From assembly GCA_030390025.1 (NCBI GenBank), contig CM059432.1:78928001-78992000 (forward strand): 64,000 nucleotides of DNA, in the 5' to 3' direction. The position numbers were made by a program, and so were the translations under genes. Source of the DNA: Squalus acanthias (taxonomy: Eukaryota). Positions 46,701-61,027 of the stretch are shown piece by piece (the first letter of the stretch is position 1; each line of letters opens with the position of its first letter). The notes below the pieces were generated by a model that saw only the letters and a list, made by a program, of their open reading frames with translations, ran no database searches and was not told the origin of the DNA.

Positions 46701-47899
46701 GTGCAAACATTTCAATCGATCAATAACCCATGTCCTGAAAATATTCTGAACTGCCTTGGAATGAATCATCAATTCGTCAGGACGTACTACGGACCAACTA
46801 AATGTGGCAGCAGTTGTATTGTCCACCACAGCCAGATGTGCTGCCAAGGGTGTTACTCTGTGGCACGTTGATATGCGAAGTAAACTCATCTGCTATCTGC
46901 TGACCTTACGACCATTCATCCTGTATGTGGGCCCAATACAAGTCACACAAAGTGTTCTGGTCTTTGTGAACAAAATTAAGTTACAGATAATTCTACACAT
47001 CAGCCTCTATAGGGTTTAGTTACTCACTGGATAAACTCACTGAGCCACTGGGGGAAAATTGGAGTCTTTTATTTCTTTATGGCCCTGTAATTGCTCGGCC
47101 CATCTGGTAAGCTCCCACTAGCCAGAGTCCGGTGGAATGACTGCAAACTTCACCAGAACTGGATATGCTGGGTTCCAGACTTGTTTGGGATTGAAGCCTC
47201 TGCCTGCCCCATACAAGGCCACTGATGTGGAGGGGGCTGGATTGAAGGCAGTGACTCCCTAAGCTGGGAGTTCTTAAATCTTTGGCCTTACAGGAACCTG
47301 GTGTAAGTCTGGAGACCAGGATACTGAGTGAGTGGAGGCACAGCCTCCTGATAGGCAGAAATGGGCCCTACCAGAGGGTCCAGGCCACAATCCTGATTAA
47401 AGAGGAGTTAAGGACACAATTCGGAGCGGCCCCTTGGCACAGGGGCTGCTGGGGGCATAGGCTAATTGGGGGCCAAAACATCCACCCCTGTCCTGGTCAC
47501 CAGTGTTGCATTTTGCAGCCTCTTGGGGCTGGCAGGGGCCAGCGATGCACCCCTAGTGGCATAGGCACTCCCATGAAAGGCGCTATATAAATGCAAGTTC
47601 TTTCTATGTTCGGTGTAACAGTGCTGTGTAAACAACTCTGATTCGACTCAGAAGCTGACAATGGAGGCCTAATTTTGTTGGAGCAAAATTATTTTATTTT
47701 CATGTTTGTATGTGTAACTCACTTGTGCAAATCCATCTGACAGCAAAGAACCAAAACCAATCGCTGTCCTGTGTCTGATTCTCTACTCTAATTATACAAG
47801 TACAATATCTCAAGGACTACTAGGGATGGGCAATATAAGCTGGCCTTGCCAGCGACACCCACATCCCGAAAATGAATAAATAATAAACAATGTATATCT

Positions 47900-48300
47900 C
47901 TGATTTTTTTCTCTCTCCCTCTGTGTATCTGTGGTTCTGTCTATCAGTGTCTGAATATTCTTCTACCTCTCTTTGCCTCTTTCTAACCCTCTCCATGCAT
48001 CTTGCTTCTCTTTCCCCCAATGTGCCCCGGCATTTTCCTTGTCCCTTCTCCTTACACACGTGAACTCTCTGTGTGCCTGAGTTTCTCTCTCTGTTTGAAC
48101 ATCTCTAACTCTCCATGTGTCTTAACTTCTTGCTATACGTGCCTGAAATTTTATCTCTATCTTTCCTTGTCTCAACTTCTCTCTCCAACTGAATTTCTCT
48201 CTCGTGTCTGATCTTGTCTCTGTACTCTTTTTCTGTAGACGTGAACTCTGTGCGTCTCAATTCTCTCCCTTCACCTCCCATGTGAAATTGTCTGTACATT
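47900..48300. repeat. Degenerate (CT)-rich low-complexity tract
   Basis: Pyrimidine-biased TCTC runs. Confidence 0.6.
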
Positions 48301-48714
48301 AGCAATGGTAGAGGTTCATGAACAGGGGTGTGATAAAGTACAGGTGGTTTTTGCCCCTATCCATGTAGAAGTAGATTCAGGTGAATGGAGCAACAAAGGG
48401 GTAATGGTGGCAGCAGCAGAAGTTCAGAAGTATTGGGCCAAAAATCATTCACTCTTACAATCATCCAGATTAACAAACAGAATAACGTGCAGAATGAGAA
48501 AAGGGACTTCAGCTCATCAGCCCACTCATTCCAACAATCATACACAATCCATCTAAATTTGGACTTTGTGCGTCGAAATTACTCCGAAATGATATATAGA
48601 ACTAATGGGCTAGTGCGATCATCTGAGATTATATACTATTTTAACACCTTTACTTTAAATGGGATAATAATAAGTAACCTACAGAGGAATTCATGCTGAT
48701 GCATTCTTCACAAA

Positions 48715-51381
48715 TAAGGATATGGAAGGAAGAAAGACAGGGATGGAGAAGTGGCAGTATCAAGGATATTAGTTCTTCAGAGGGACGATATACTTGAGGG
48801 TTCAAAGACTGAATCTACTTGGTTAGAGTTAAGGAACAGAAAAGGAACTGTTATATTACCAGGTGTTTACTATAGACCCCCAAATAGTGAGAAGGAGATA
48901 GAGGAGCAAATCTGTAGGCAAATTTCAGAGAAATGTAAAAATAATAGAGCAGTAAGCATAGGGGACTTCAATTACCCTAATATAAACTGGGGGAAAAAAC
49001 AGAGTAAAGGGACAAGGAGGGTAAAGAATTCCTAAAATGTGTACAGGAAAACTTCCTTAATCAGTATGTTTCTCGCTCAACGAGGAATGAAGCAGTGCTG
49101 GATCTAGTTCTGGGGAATGAAGTAGGGCAAGTGGAGCATGTTTTAATGGGAGAACATCTGGGTAATAGTGATCATAATATAATTAGGTTTAAAGTAGTTA
49201 TGGAAAGGGATAAAGAGAAATCAACGGTGAAAATACCCAACTGGAAGAGAGCCAATTTCAGTGATTTGAGAAGGGATCGAGCACAGGTGGACTGGAAACA
49301 AAGATTGGCCAGGAAAACAGTAAATGAGCAATGGCAGGCCTTCAAGACAGAGATAGTTCAGGTACAAACCAAGCAGATTCCCATAAGGAGGAAAGATGGT
49401 GCATCCAAAGCTAGAGCTCCCTGGATGACAAAGGAAATAGAGGTTAAAATAAAACAGAAAAAGATTTAAAACAAATGTCAGGTACAAAATACAATCGAAA
49501 ACCAGGCAGAATATAAAGAGTGCAGGGAGAAATTGGGGAAAAAATGGATATAAGGGCAAAGAGGGAGGATGAGAAAAGATTAGTGGGTAACATAAAAGGG
49601 AACCCAAAAATCTTTTATAAACCTATAAAAAGTAAAAGGATAGTTAAAGGAATGGCGGGGCCGATTAGGGATAAAAAAGGAAATCTTCTTGTGGAGGCAG
49701 AGGACATGACTGAAGTCATGAATGAGTAACTTTGCATCCGTCTTCAGAAGAGGATGAAGTTAATACTGCAGTAGAGGTGGGGGAGTAGAGATATTGGATA
49801 GGATAAAAATAGATAGAAAGGAGGTGCTAAATAGGTTGGAATCACTCAAAGTTAACAAGTCACCCAGTCCAGATAAGATGCATCCTAGGTTGCTAAGGGA
49901 AATAGTAATAATAAGGTGGAGATAGCAGAAGCTCTGACCACAATGTTTCAATCCTCCTTGGATATGGGAGTGGTGTCAGAGGACTGCAAATGTTACACCC
50001 TTGTTCAAAAAGGGAGAGGGATAAACCTAGTAACTACAGGCCAATCAGTCTAACATCAGAGGTGGGAAATCTACCAGAGACCATCGTCATTGACAAAATT
50101 AATTCTCACTTGGAGAAGCATGGTTTAATGAAGGACAGCCAGCATGGATTTGTTAAAAGCAAATCGTGTCTGACTAACCCGATTGAGTTATTTGATGAAG
50201 TAACAGAGGGTTGGTGAAGGTAATGCAGATGATGTATATATGGACTTTCAAAAGGCATTTGATAAAGTATCACATAACAGACTTATTCGTAAAAAAGCAC
50301 ATGATATTAAAGAGACGGTGGTGGCTTGGGTATGTAATTGGCTAAGGGATAGGTGTCAGAGAGTAATGGTGAATGGATGTTTTTCTGACTGGAGAGAAGT
50401 ATGCAGTGGGGTCCCCCAGGGATCGGTATTAGGACCACTGCTTTTCATGTTATATATAAATGACTTGGACTTGGGTATAGGGACTACAATTTCAAAGTTT
50501 GCAGATGATACAAAACTTGGCAATGTAATAAATAGTGAGCAGGATAGTAGCAGACTTCAGGAGAACATAGACCAGTGAAATGGGAAATCACATGGCAGAT
50601 GCAATTTAATGCACACAAGTGTGAAGTGATGCACTTTGGAAGGAACAACATGGAGAGGCAGAATAATCTAAATTGTATTATTTTGACAGGAGTGCAAGAG
50701 CAGAGGGACCTGGGAGTAGATATTCACAAATCTCTGAAGGTGGCAGTGCAAGTTGATAAGGCAGTTAAAGCATATGGGATACTTGGCTTTGTAAATAGGG
50801 GCATTGAATACAAAAACCAAGGAAGTTATGCTAAACATTTACAAATCTCTGGTAAGGCCTCAGCTGGAGTATTGTATACTAGGCACTACACTTTAAGAAG
50901 GATACCAAGGCCCAGGAGAGGGTATAAAGGAGGTTTACCAGGATGATACCAGGGATGAGGGACTTCAGTTATGTGGAGAGATTGGAGAAGCTGGGATTGT
51001 TCTCCTTCGAGCAGAGAAGTTAAGGGGAGGTATTCAAAATTGAGGGGTTTTGATTAGAGCAAGTAGGGAGAAACTGTTTCCTCTGGCAAGTGGTCAGTAA
51101 CCAGAGGTTATAGATTTAAAATAAAAGAACTAGAGGGGAAATGAGAATTTTTTCACACAGGATGTTAAGATCTGGAATGCACTGCCAGAAAGGGTGGTAG
51201 GATCAGATTCCATAGGAACTTTCAAAAGGCAATTGGACATGTACTAGAAGAGGACTAATTTGCAGGGTTATGGGGGGAAAAAGCTGGGGTGTGGGACAAA
51301 ATTGGGCCGCTCTTTCAAAGAGCCGGCGCAGGCACGACGGGCTCAATGGCCTCCTCTGCGCTGTAAGATTCTATGATTCTA
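48715..51381 (+). mobile_element. CR1 (HER1-like) LINE, ~2.7 kb, broken ORF2
   Basis: [42 protein letters not shown]; tail GATTCTATGATTCTA. Confidence 0.92.
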
Positions 51382-51999
51382 CTCCAACTCTCGTTTTCCA
51401 AGAGAAAGTTCTCCTCCAAAATTAGGTAAGCCCTGAAATGTCTAAAGCACCATCTGATGCGCAAGATCAAAATTTCTTAAACACCATTGGATCTTCTGTG
51501 GCATTGCTCATAACAAATTGTCAGATAGTGTGTTATTTTTGTGTTGCTGGGTATGTCACTGTCTCTTCATGCTGTTGCCTTACCCCCAAGTGTTTGTGTC
51601 TCTGTTGTCTGCAGTAAATCACCATTGTTGGGTATGATGTCCTAGGATGCTGTCCCATCCTGTCGGTTATTGTTTGCTACTTATGCAGTTTGTTCCTTTG
51701 GGTGATCTACCATTGGTGCTCCTCCAACCTTATCTTCACCCTTTCACCTTTTGCTCTCCTCTTCCCCTTCACAGCCTCACACATTACCCTACCATCACCA
51801 TTCCTGCCTTTTGGCTCATTCTAAATGTCACCCATCCCCCTTTGGTCTTCTCCGTTGAGCCCCTTGAATTTGTATTATACAATTTGTGCCTGAATGGCTT
51901 CTTTAAAATGAGTTCTATTATCTTGGCACAGACAAGCAACTGTACAAAATTGTAATAAGATAAATAACTGGTTAAGCTGCTTTGATGGCGGTGGTTATG

Positions 52000-52211
52000 G
52001 ACCCTGTTCTTCGAATAGTGTCGTCTGAGCAGGCAGACGCAGTCTCAGTTTAATGTCTCATGCAAAAGACAGCACCCCCGTCAATGCAGCGCTTCTCTTG
52101 TGCTACAGTTAAGTGTCAGTCTGGATAATGTGCTCAAGTTCATTGCAGGGCTTGACCCATGAACTTCTGGCTCAGAAGCAGGGTGCTGTTAATCAAGCCA
52201 AGCAGATACAC
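52000..52211 (-). mobile_element. DeuSINE-like fragment
   Basis: Homologous to 36800-37022. Confidence 0.65.
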
Positions 52212-52289
52212 AGTAAATATTTCTGCATGTCTGACAAAATATTCAAAGTTAAACATTTAAATGATTATTCTTTAAACTTTATTCAGTCC

Positions 52290-52625
52290 TGATTTTCCAC
52301 CCTCATCTAAAGAGCAACTCTCACTGGGGTATGGTTCTAGTGTAACTCTTCCAAGCAGTCATTTTTCATCTTGAAGTCAAAGCAGCAAGTGTCAACGGGC
52401 TATTTGACGGTAGTGGGCATCAAAACTGAGACCAATCACACATGCCCCCAAGGCTCATACATGCACACGTTCCAGCACGGGTCATTAGAGCTTAATCAAG
52501 AGCAGACCGGTTGATTTCCTCCCTAGCCTGGGGACACCAAAACCAGTTGTGTCCTCACTACTACATGCCGGGATCAAGAAATTCAGCAGACCTGGAAATG
52601 AACCTGGAACCTTCTGGTCTGTAAA
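52290..52625 (-). mobile_element. LF-SINE-like SINE
   Basis: Colinear with 13150-13500 (CTGGGGTATGGTTC...TATTTGAC...GGGCATC...TTGATTTCCTCCCTAGCCTGGGGACAC...GAACCTGGAACC). Confidence 0.6.
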
Positions 52626-53077
52626 GTTAATTTCAGACTTAAAAAGTGATGTTGGGTGATGCAGGTTTTCAAATTCTTTAATAAAATAAAATTACTGACC
52701 TGGTTCTCTCCTCCCCAAATGAAGCTATTCAGTTTGTCTCAGTCTTACAATTTATTTTCTACATCTTTTTGGTTTACCACACCACACTTAAGACTATTTA
52801 CAAGGTTATCACACTGCCCATTGCCAGGCTGCCACTTGACTTGGTTGTGAGGAAGTACTTAAGTCCAGTGTGATGAAATTGCCCTTTTATGGAAAAAAGA
52901 CTCATCTCCTGTTGGATCATTTCAGTAGATATAGAACTCATGGTGTGCGACTAGGAGAAGCCGGTATCCTGTGAGTAGTGAATCAGTATCAATATGCTGG
53001 GTCTGTGGGCTCACTCACCCACTAAATTACTAATTAATCTTTTTTGTTCTGATTTCAGCTATTTCTTTTTCATTTTG

Positions 53078-56000
53078 TTTTATTTTTGAGATAACCAGGA
53101 TTTAAAATAAAAACTTAAAAAAGTTACACAACTACATGATAGCACACAGCAATTTATTTTGACACAACATACATATGCTCTACATAGGCAGTTGGTGTAC
53201 CTTTTTTGATCATGGCAAAGAAAGGACATGCACCAGGATACTAAAACACATGTGTGACAGATCACTGCAGAAAAGCTTAACCCATATGGCAGTATAATGG
53301 CATAACTAAACAACCTTTCAGTGTTTATGCAGCATCCGTGAATAATGCAAGACTGATATAATCAAAAATGGTGTTATGTAAATCCGTAGAGACTACGTAA
53401 TCAGAGCAACTGCAGGATTTATATAACTGCTACATGTATTTGACATTCAAAACTTCAACCCTGCAGAAACAAAACCACCTAAAAAAACACACCAAAAATA
53501 AAAAAAACACAACCTTCAAAAAGTGTCCAATTAAAATGTGCTTAGCCAACACAGCATGCAAGATAGAACCTTCACACATAAAACAGCTGTTAAATGTTAC
53601 AGAATCACTGTTTCCATCATACAAACTATGTACATTCTATACACAGTGCATCAGATGCTCCCTTTTCCATCTCTCAGTAGCAGCAAGCATATCCTGCTAT
53701 TGTGCATAGCAGTACAACTCAGGAGAGGAAAGAGTGTCTAAATATTTTATAGCTATTTAATAACTATGTACTATTTTGTTTTGTTTTTTTTACATGTCAG
53801 TGCTACATCTCCATGCACACATTTGTACTCTGCAGATCCAAAGAACAAATTAAAACCTTTCTACAAAAAAAGAGAAAAAAAAGCATACACACATTTCTTT
53901 AAAATAAAAGTGCAAATATCTAAGTTCAGGCAACTTGAAGCCAATGTTTTACCTGTATATGGAACCAAAGGTTCATTTTAAATTTGGGAGATAATTCTTT
54001 ACCATTTTGAAACTCACACAATTTGTTCCTCTCTTCGGAGATACTTTAAAATTAACATAGACTGCTTGGTTTTAAGCATAATTCTTTAAAAAAAAGTAAA
54101 CGAACTGAATTGAAAAAAATACTTCAATACTGAGTTCAAAGGGTATTTTTTTCCCTCCAATATGTTGCAATATGGCGATACCATAAATTGAGTTGAGGAA
54201 ACCTCAGTGTTATTGAAGATGGCATGTCATTTTAGTTGCTTGAACCACAATAAGGCAAGGCAATATGAACATATGCACTAACAATTTAACCTGACAGATA
54301 AAAAATGTCCATTTAATTAAGTTTGCACAACCAAAGTATGCAGAAGATAACCAAAATCAAATTAATTTGATATTGAATTTAAAAGATTGTCTACTGTCAG
54401 CTGAAGTTATAGCACAATATATATAATTTTATTACTGCTCGAAAGTTGTTGCAAAAGTTCCCTCTCATCACTATTTATAAATATATAATGTAATGATGAT
54501 ATCATTATGCCATGAAAGTGATACCAATTGGGTGTGATGCCATGAAAACAAAAAAAACAATGACAACATCTTCTGGGCTTTTACCCCCTTCCCAAAACTG
54601 CAACACTTTTCACAAAAGTAGATTGCAATTGGTGGAGTTAATGCTTCTTGTATTAAATAGAACATCTTTGTTTACAGTACACTTGTGGAAGTATATATTT
54701 TATGAAAAACTGGATAATTATGAATTGTGATCTTAAGGTGCAACTGACTAATAATGGACTTGCATGCAATATCTTGCTAAAAAAAAAGAATGGCAAACCA
54801 GAGCATTGACAACAATATTTCATGTCCTTTGGTTGTTTAGTCAATTTTCAATTTAACAAGGCAGTACATGTACACATCCATTATTGGTTAAACATTTAAG
54901 TGCGGTGTATAATGATATTGCGATTGTGACTAGATTTGGAAGTGGAATGGTATTAACTCATCTATATTTACAGAGACAGGATATGCTACTGTAAAATGCT
55001 TAGGATACAAGTTTGTGTGCAGTTCTCATTGTTTCTTCATCCACCTTCTCTCCTAGAGGGTATGGTGAGAAGGAGGGAAGCAATACAAGAGCAGTTCCAA
55101 GCAGGATGGTTCATCAGCAGTTACTTTGTGCAAAGGGAGATTAGGAAAGTTTTCTCCCTTCTGCTCATAACTTGGATCCAAGTAATCTATGGAATATGGA
55201 GACAACTGAAAGTGAACACAAACTCCTGTCCCCAATCAACCAGTACACTTTAATGGTTATACCTTAAGATATTTACATTTTTGTTAAGTATCTAAATATG
55301 AAGAAAATTCATCTGTTAAAACAGATGTGCATATTTTGGAATGCGTGACCAACAGTAATCATTTCTCAACAGGAATTAACAGTGGCTCCTAGGTGCTCGA
55401 TCCACGCACATAAATACTATTAAGCATTAGAGCTGAAAATAATTTAAAGAAAACGTACCCTTTCCTCCCAATTTACAACTTTTCCCTGCTTCTACATACA
55501 ATACATTCAAAACACTATCTCACGTTTCAGAGACTTGTGTTAAATACTGGTATTTCACCATTGTGAAATAAAAAAATTCTTCATCCTGTCTACTTACATT
55601 ATAAAAACACTTGGTTTTATGCTTCACTTACATTTATTTGATCATATATTAACATATGTTCAAAATAAAGCATACCATACCATACCATACAACAGGAAAT
55701 TATCTTGGTTTTGTCATTGCCAAATATCTGATATTAGCTGGTTTAATTTTTCATGCTTGATTATAAGCAACAAATCCTAATTGGTCACAATGTTTGGTTA
55801 ACAATTTGGATCAGTTGCAAAAATATAACTACATGACAATTACCCATTATATGGCATTATATCCATCAATAGCATTTAGTCTGTTCTTTTTACAGCATAT
55901 CAAAGACAAAAGAGTGCAACTTAGACAGTACTTTTCTCCACCTTTCCATCCATTGTGTTTCATATAGCTTTAAATATAAGCTACTATATTAGCACATATT

Positions 56001-56198
56001 ACATTTAGCAAAAGCAGCTTCATTTTAGTTTTGGTTAGGTTTTTTTTTTACTTGCCAGACTTTTAAACAGACTCAAACCTCTTCATAGAAATCACACCAA
56101 GGTGGGTTACGAGCTAAGTTTATGATAAAAGACACCAGCTCAAAATGATCTGAATCAATTTTAGTGTATATTGATAGTGCTCCTTAGTCAGTGGCCAG
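53078..56198 (-). other. mybl1: mybl1 3'UTR (inferred), with candidate poly(A) signals
   Basis: ~3.1 kb of AT-rich, transposon-free sequence directly after the stop codon; TTTATT (AATAAA on -) at 53153-53158 and 53078-53083. Confidence 0.65.
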
Positions 56199-56324
56199 TT
56201 ACAGGATCAGAGTCCTGCTTGTGTTGCTGCCATTATACGCATTCAGGTACCTCCGAGCCTGTTCAGTCATTATTAGCTGATCCTCCGTCTTCCCACAAGC
56301 TACTGCTTCCCATTCACTGCTCAT
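56199..56324 (-). CDS. mybl1: Myb-related protein A, terminal coding exon
   Basis: acacag|MSSEWEAVACGKTEDQLIMTEQARRYLNAYNGSNTSRTLIL*; GKTEDQLIMTEQARRYL matches the A-Myb C-terminus as recalled. Confidence 0.93.
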   Translation of the reverse strand: MSSEWEAVACGKTEDQLIMTEQARRYLNAYNGSNTSRTLIL

Positions 56325-56986
56325 CTGTGTATCATACAAAATAAAATGCATCATAAATAGGAAAAAAGTAGCCTCAAAATTTCTATAAAGTGATACCCGA
56401 GCCTTGTGGTAACTTAAGAAGCAACCAGAGTCGTTATCTATTAATTTGCTGAGTCATTTTTCCAATAATTTAGGTTTTTGAAAAATATTTAACAAAAGAA
56501 AATTGCATCAGGACAAATTCTTGAATCATTTCCTAACAGAAATGTACATTTGTGCTGTATTTGTAGGTAATCTTGCAGTGTTTAAATACATTAAGGAATA
56601 TCTTAATGTTGTTTGGCCAATGAAATACAGCAAGGTTAGATTACCCGACTTGTAAAGTCATCTTTATTCTTGACCAGAACAATCAATCATTTTTTTGTAT
56701 AAATAGTTTAGTAAAGTTACATTTGTTATCTATGGTGCATCCCCTCAAGTCAGATGACTGCAAATTCAAGCATACATCCGGCCTGGTTGTTTCACTGCCA
56801 GATTTGGCTCAACCACATCAAGTGTTACCACTTCTTGCTCCTTTCAGTCAAAAGTGCTTGGTGCTCCAGGATCATCAAAGAAGGCAAGAACAATCCAAAG
56901 ATCTTTTTTTGCATCACTAACTGCTCCCTCAAACCCTTTTTTCCATGCCCCCACCCATCACCTCTAACACCAAAGGAGATAAAAGG

Positions 56987-57275
56987 TAGAAAACTTGCCT
57001 TTATATAGCTCATCACATTCTTAGAAATGCTGGCCAGGCCCCCAGGAGAACTCCCTGCTCGGCTTCAAATAGTACCATGGAATCTTTTACATCAACTTGA
57101 ACAGGTAGACACGGCCTCGGTTTAACATATCCTCCAAAAGACAGCACCTCCAACAACACACTACACCATTAAGTACAGTCAGCCTAGATTATGAGCTCAA
57201 GTCCTGGAGTGGGGCTTGAACCCACATCCTTCTAACTCAGAAGCAAGAGTATTACCAACTGAATCAAACTGACAC
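56987..57275 (-). mobile_element. DeuSINE-like SINE (internally deleted) inside old L2 remnants
   Basis: tRNA head, Deu core and AGCTATATAAAGGCAAG tail; homologous to 36788-37022. Confidence 0.7.
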
Positions 57276-57842
57276 CAAGTGCAGTTTCCGCTGGCGCTCA
57301 CCGTTCTAGGCTTCAAACCCCATCATTCTGCAATTTCTCTGCCATCTCCCATCATGCTCTCTCCACATTCAACTCATGAATTCCAACTCCTGCTGTCTTG
57401 ATCCCCACCACACTCAACCCCTGGCCATTCAAGTTGCTCTCTTGGCCATCATGCTAGCTGACACTGTCCATGGTTCCCTTTCCTCTAGCACTGTCCCTCC
57501 CCCTTTCATAATTGCTGCTGTTACCACCTCCTCCTCAACCCATCTGTTCTCTCCAGGTACTGCCCCATCTCTAACTTCTTTCCTCCAAGATTCTTGCCTC
57601 TGTAACCGCCTCACAGCTTTCTCAAAACTCTCTATTCGAATCCCTCCAGAACCTTCAACCCTCATAGCACTGGCCAAAGTCACAGATTACATCCTTAAGT
57701 GATAGAGGTACATTATCTAGTTACAAATCTGCCATCGATACCTTCTCGGGTTCAGTGGAGCCAGTTGCTCCCATTAGCGGATCGGATCCTATATGCCTTG
57801 TATTTCAAAGTTGACTCACACTGTCCAATATCTACTTATATG

Positions 57843-58305
57843 GGCACGGTAGTGTACTGATTATGTTAATGAGCTTTTAATCCCAAGGCCTGGACTAATA
57901 CTTCAGAGACCATAAATCCAAAACCTCACCATGAATGTTTGAAAATTTGAATTCAGTTAAAAAAAATCTGGGGGATAAAAGCTGGTATCAGTAAAAAAAA
58001 GTGACCATGCTGTCGGATTGCCGTGGAAACCTAACTGGTTCACTATGTCCTTTAAGGAAGGAAACCTGCTGTCCTAAGTGTGACTCCAGTTCCACACCAA
58101 CATAGTTGGTTCTTAACTGCCCTCTGAAGTGGCCTAGCAAGCCACTCAGTTGTATCAAACTGCTACAAAAAACTACCACATGGACTGCAACGCTTCAAGA
58201 AGATGGTCAACGACCACCCTCTCAGGGCAACTAGGCAATGGGTAATAAATGCTGGCCTCGCCAATGACACCCACATTCAGAGAATGAATAATTTTTAAAA
58301 AAAAG
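57843..58305 (+). mobile_element. tRNA-derived SINE with a Zenon-like LINE 3' tail
   Basis: Degenerate tRNA-like head; the last ~120 bp (CCACATGGACTGCA...AATAAATGCTGGCCTCGCCAATGACACCCACAT) match the LINE 3' end at 60822-60935. Confidence 0.7.
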
Positions 58306-58809
58306 CATAACCCAGGGGATGCAACAATGAATCCGCTTTAACCTACGTAATGTATACCGTACATTCACAGGTGCCCCCAAGTGTGCTTTACCAGCTTGGT
58401 CTATTGAAAGATTGATGAACAATCTGGCAGATCATGGTCAACGACAAATCAAGCGACTGAACAAGAGTAGCAATTCAGACTTTTTTTTTTTAAACTTCTC
58501 CTACAGCACTTCCCGTAACAAAAACAAAATAACCAACTATGCTATCCCAGATAGTGGATAAAATATTCCCTTTTATGGTTTTATTTCCTTCTTTTATTAT
58601 TAACTTCTATCTGCTATATTTTAATTCCCAGCTCAAGCCAACATTTGCCTTCTCGCAGCTTTGTTTGGGCCAGACTAACCCTGAACATGGCTTCTCTGAA
58701 TCTTACCAGACTACCCTGACAACCATCCCTGTTGAACTCAAATGAATCTAGGCCTCAACCAGAATAGGAGTGAATATTCACTGAAATGTCCAAAGTAACT
58801 TTCATTATC

Positions 58810-60943
58810 TAGATAGATTCAGAACAGATCTTAGCAGCTCAAAACTGGGCATCCATGAGGCGCTGTGGGCCATCAGCAGCAGCAGAATTGTATTCCACCA
58901 CAATCTGTAACCTCATGGCCCGGCATATCCCTCACTCTACCATTACCATCAAGCCAGGGGACCAACCCTGGTTCAATAAGGAGTGTAGAAGAGCATGCCA
59001 GGAGCAGCACCAGGCGTACCTAAGAATAAGGTGCCAACTTGAGAAAGCTGCAACACAGGACCACATGCATGCTAAACAGCGGAAGCAGCATGCTATAGAC
59101 AGGGCTAAGCGATCCCACAATCAACAGATAAGGTCAAAGCTCTGCAGTCCTACCACATCCAGTCGTGAATGGTGGTGGACCATTAAACAACTAACGGGAG
59201 GAGGAGGCTTCATGAATATCTCCATCCTCAATGATGGTGGAGCCCAGCACGTGAGTGCAAAAGATAAGGCTGAAGCATTTGCAACCATCTTCAGCCAGAA
59301 GTGCTGAGTGGATGATCCATATCTGCCTCCTTCTGAGGTCCCCACCATCACAGATGCCAATCTTCAGCCAATTTGATTCACTCCACGTGATATCAAGAAA
59401 TGGCTGAGCGCACTGGATACAGCAAAGGCTATGGACCCCGACAACATCCCGGCTATCGTGCTGAAGACTTGTGCTCCAGAGCTAGCCGGACCTCTAGCCA
59501 AGCTGTTCGAGTACAGCTACAACACTAGCATCTATCCAACAATGTGGAAAACTGCCCAGGTATGTCCTGTCCACAAAAAGCAGGACAAATCCAATCCAGC
59601 CAATTACCGCCCCATCAGTCTACTCTCAATCATCAAAGTGATGGAAGGTGTCGTCGACAGTGCTATCAAGCGGCACTTACTCACCAATAACCTGCTCACT
59701 GATGCCCAGTTTGGGTTCTGCCAGGACCACTCGGCTCCAGACCTCATTACAGCCTTGGTCCAAACATGGACGAAAGAGCTGAATTCCAGAGGTGAGGTGA
59801 GAGTGACTGCCCTTGACATCAAGGCAGCATTTGAATGAGTGTGGCATCAAGGAACTCTAGTAAAACTGAAGTCAATGGGAATCGGGGGGGGGGGGAAAAC
59901 TCTCCACTGGCTGGAGTCATACCTAGCACAAAGGAAGATGGTTGTGGTGGTTGGAGGTCAATCATCTCAACCCCAGGACATCGCTGCAGGAGTTCTTCAG
60001 TTGCTTCATCAATGATCTTCCCTCCAACATGAGGTGAGAAATGGGGATGTTCACTGATGATTGCACAGTGTTCAGCGCCATTCACAACTCCTCAGATAAT
60101 GAAGCAGTCTATGCCGCATGCAACAAGACCTGGACGACATTCAGGCTTGGGCTGATAAGTGGCAGGTAACATTCGTGCCACACAATGACTATCTCCAACA
60201 AGCGAGAGTCTAACCACCGCCCCTTGACATTCAACGGCATTACCATCACAGAATCCCCCACCATTCACATCCTGGGGGGTCACCATTGACCAGAAACTTA
60301 ACTGGACCAACCACATAAATACTGTGGCAACAAGAGCAGGTCAGAGGTTAGGTATTCTGCGGCGAGTGTCTCACGTCCTGACTCCCCAAAGCCTTTCCAC
60401 CATCTACAAGGCACAAGTAAGGAGTGTGATGGAATACTCTCCACCTGCCTGGATGAGTGCAGCTCCAACAACACTCAAGAAGCTCGACACCATCCAGGAC
60501 AAAGCAGCCCGCTTGATTGGCACCCCATCGTCCACCTTAATCATTCACTCCCTCCACCACCGGCGTACCGTGGCTGCAGTGTATACCATCTACAAGATGC
60601 ACTGCAGCAACTCGCCAAGGCTTCTTCGGCAGCACCTCCCAAACTCATGACCTCTACCACCTAGAAGGACAAGGGCAGCAGAAGCATGGGAACACCACCA
60701 CCTCCAAGTTCCCCTGCAAGTCACACACCATCCTGACTTGGAAGTATATCGCCATTCCTTCATTGTCGCTGGGTCAAACTCCTGGAACTCCCTACCTAAC
60801 ATCACTGTGGAAGTACCTTCACCACACGGACTGCAGCAGTTCAAGAAGGCGGCTCACCACCACCTGCTCAAGGGCAACTAGAGATGGGCAATAAATGCTG
60901 GCCTTGCCAGCGACGCCCACATCCCATGAATGAATTTTTAAAA
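58810..60943 (+). mobile_element. CR1-clade (Zenon-like) LINE, ~2.1 kb
   Basis: NYRPISLLS, ALDIKAAF, YKAQVRSVMEYS motifs; same family as 20403-22420. Confidence 0.9.
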
Positions 60944-61027
60944 ATCCAATCTTTGACCAAGGTTTTGGTTAATCCTCCGAATATCTCCTTTTTTAAACTT
61001 AGCATCCATTTTTTTCCCCATTACACC

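Noticed and set aside
56199..56324. myb or mybl2 identity for the minus-strand gene
   Set aside because: GKTEDQLIMTEQARRYL and the vxn neighbourhood fit MYBL1 better.
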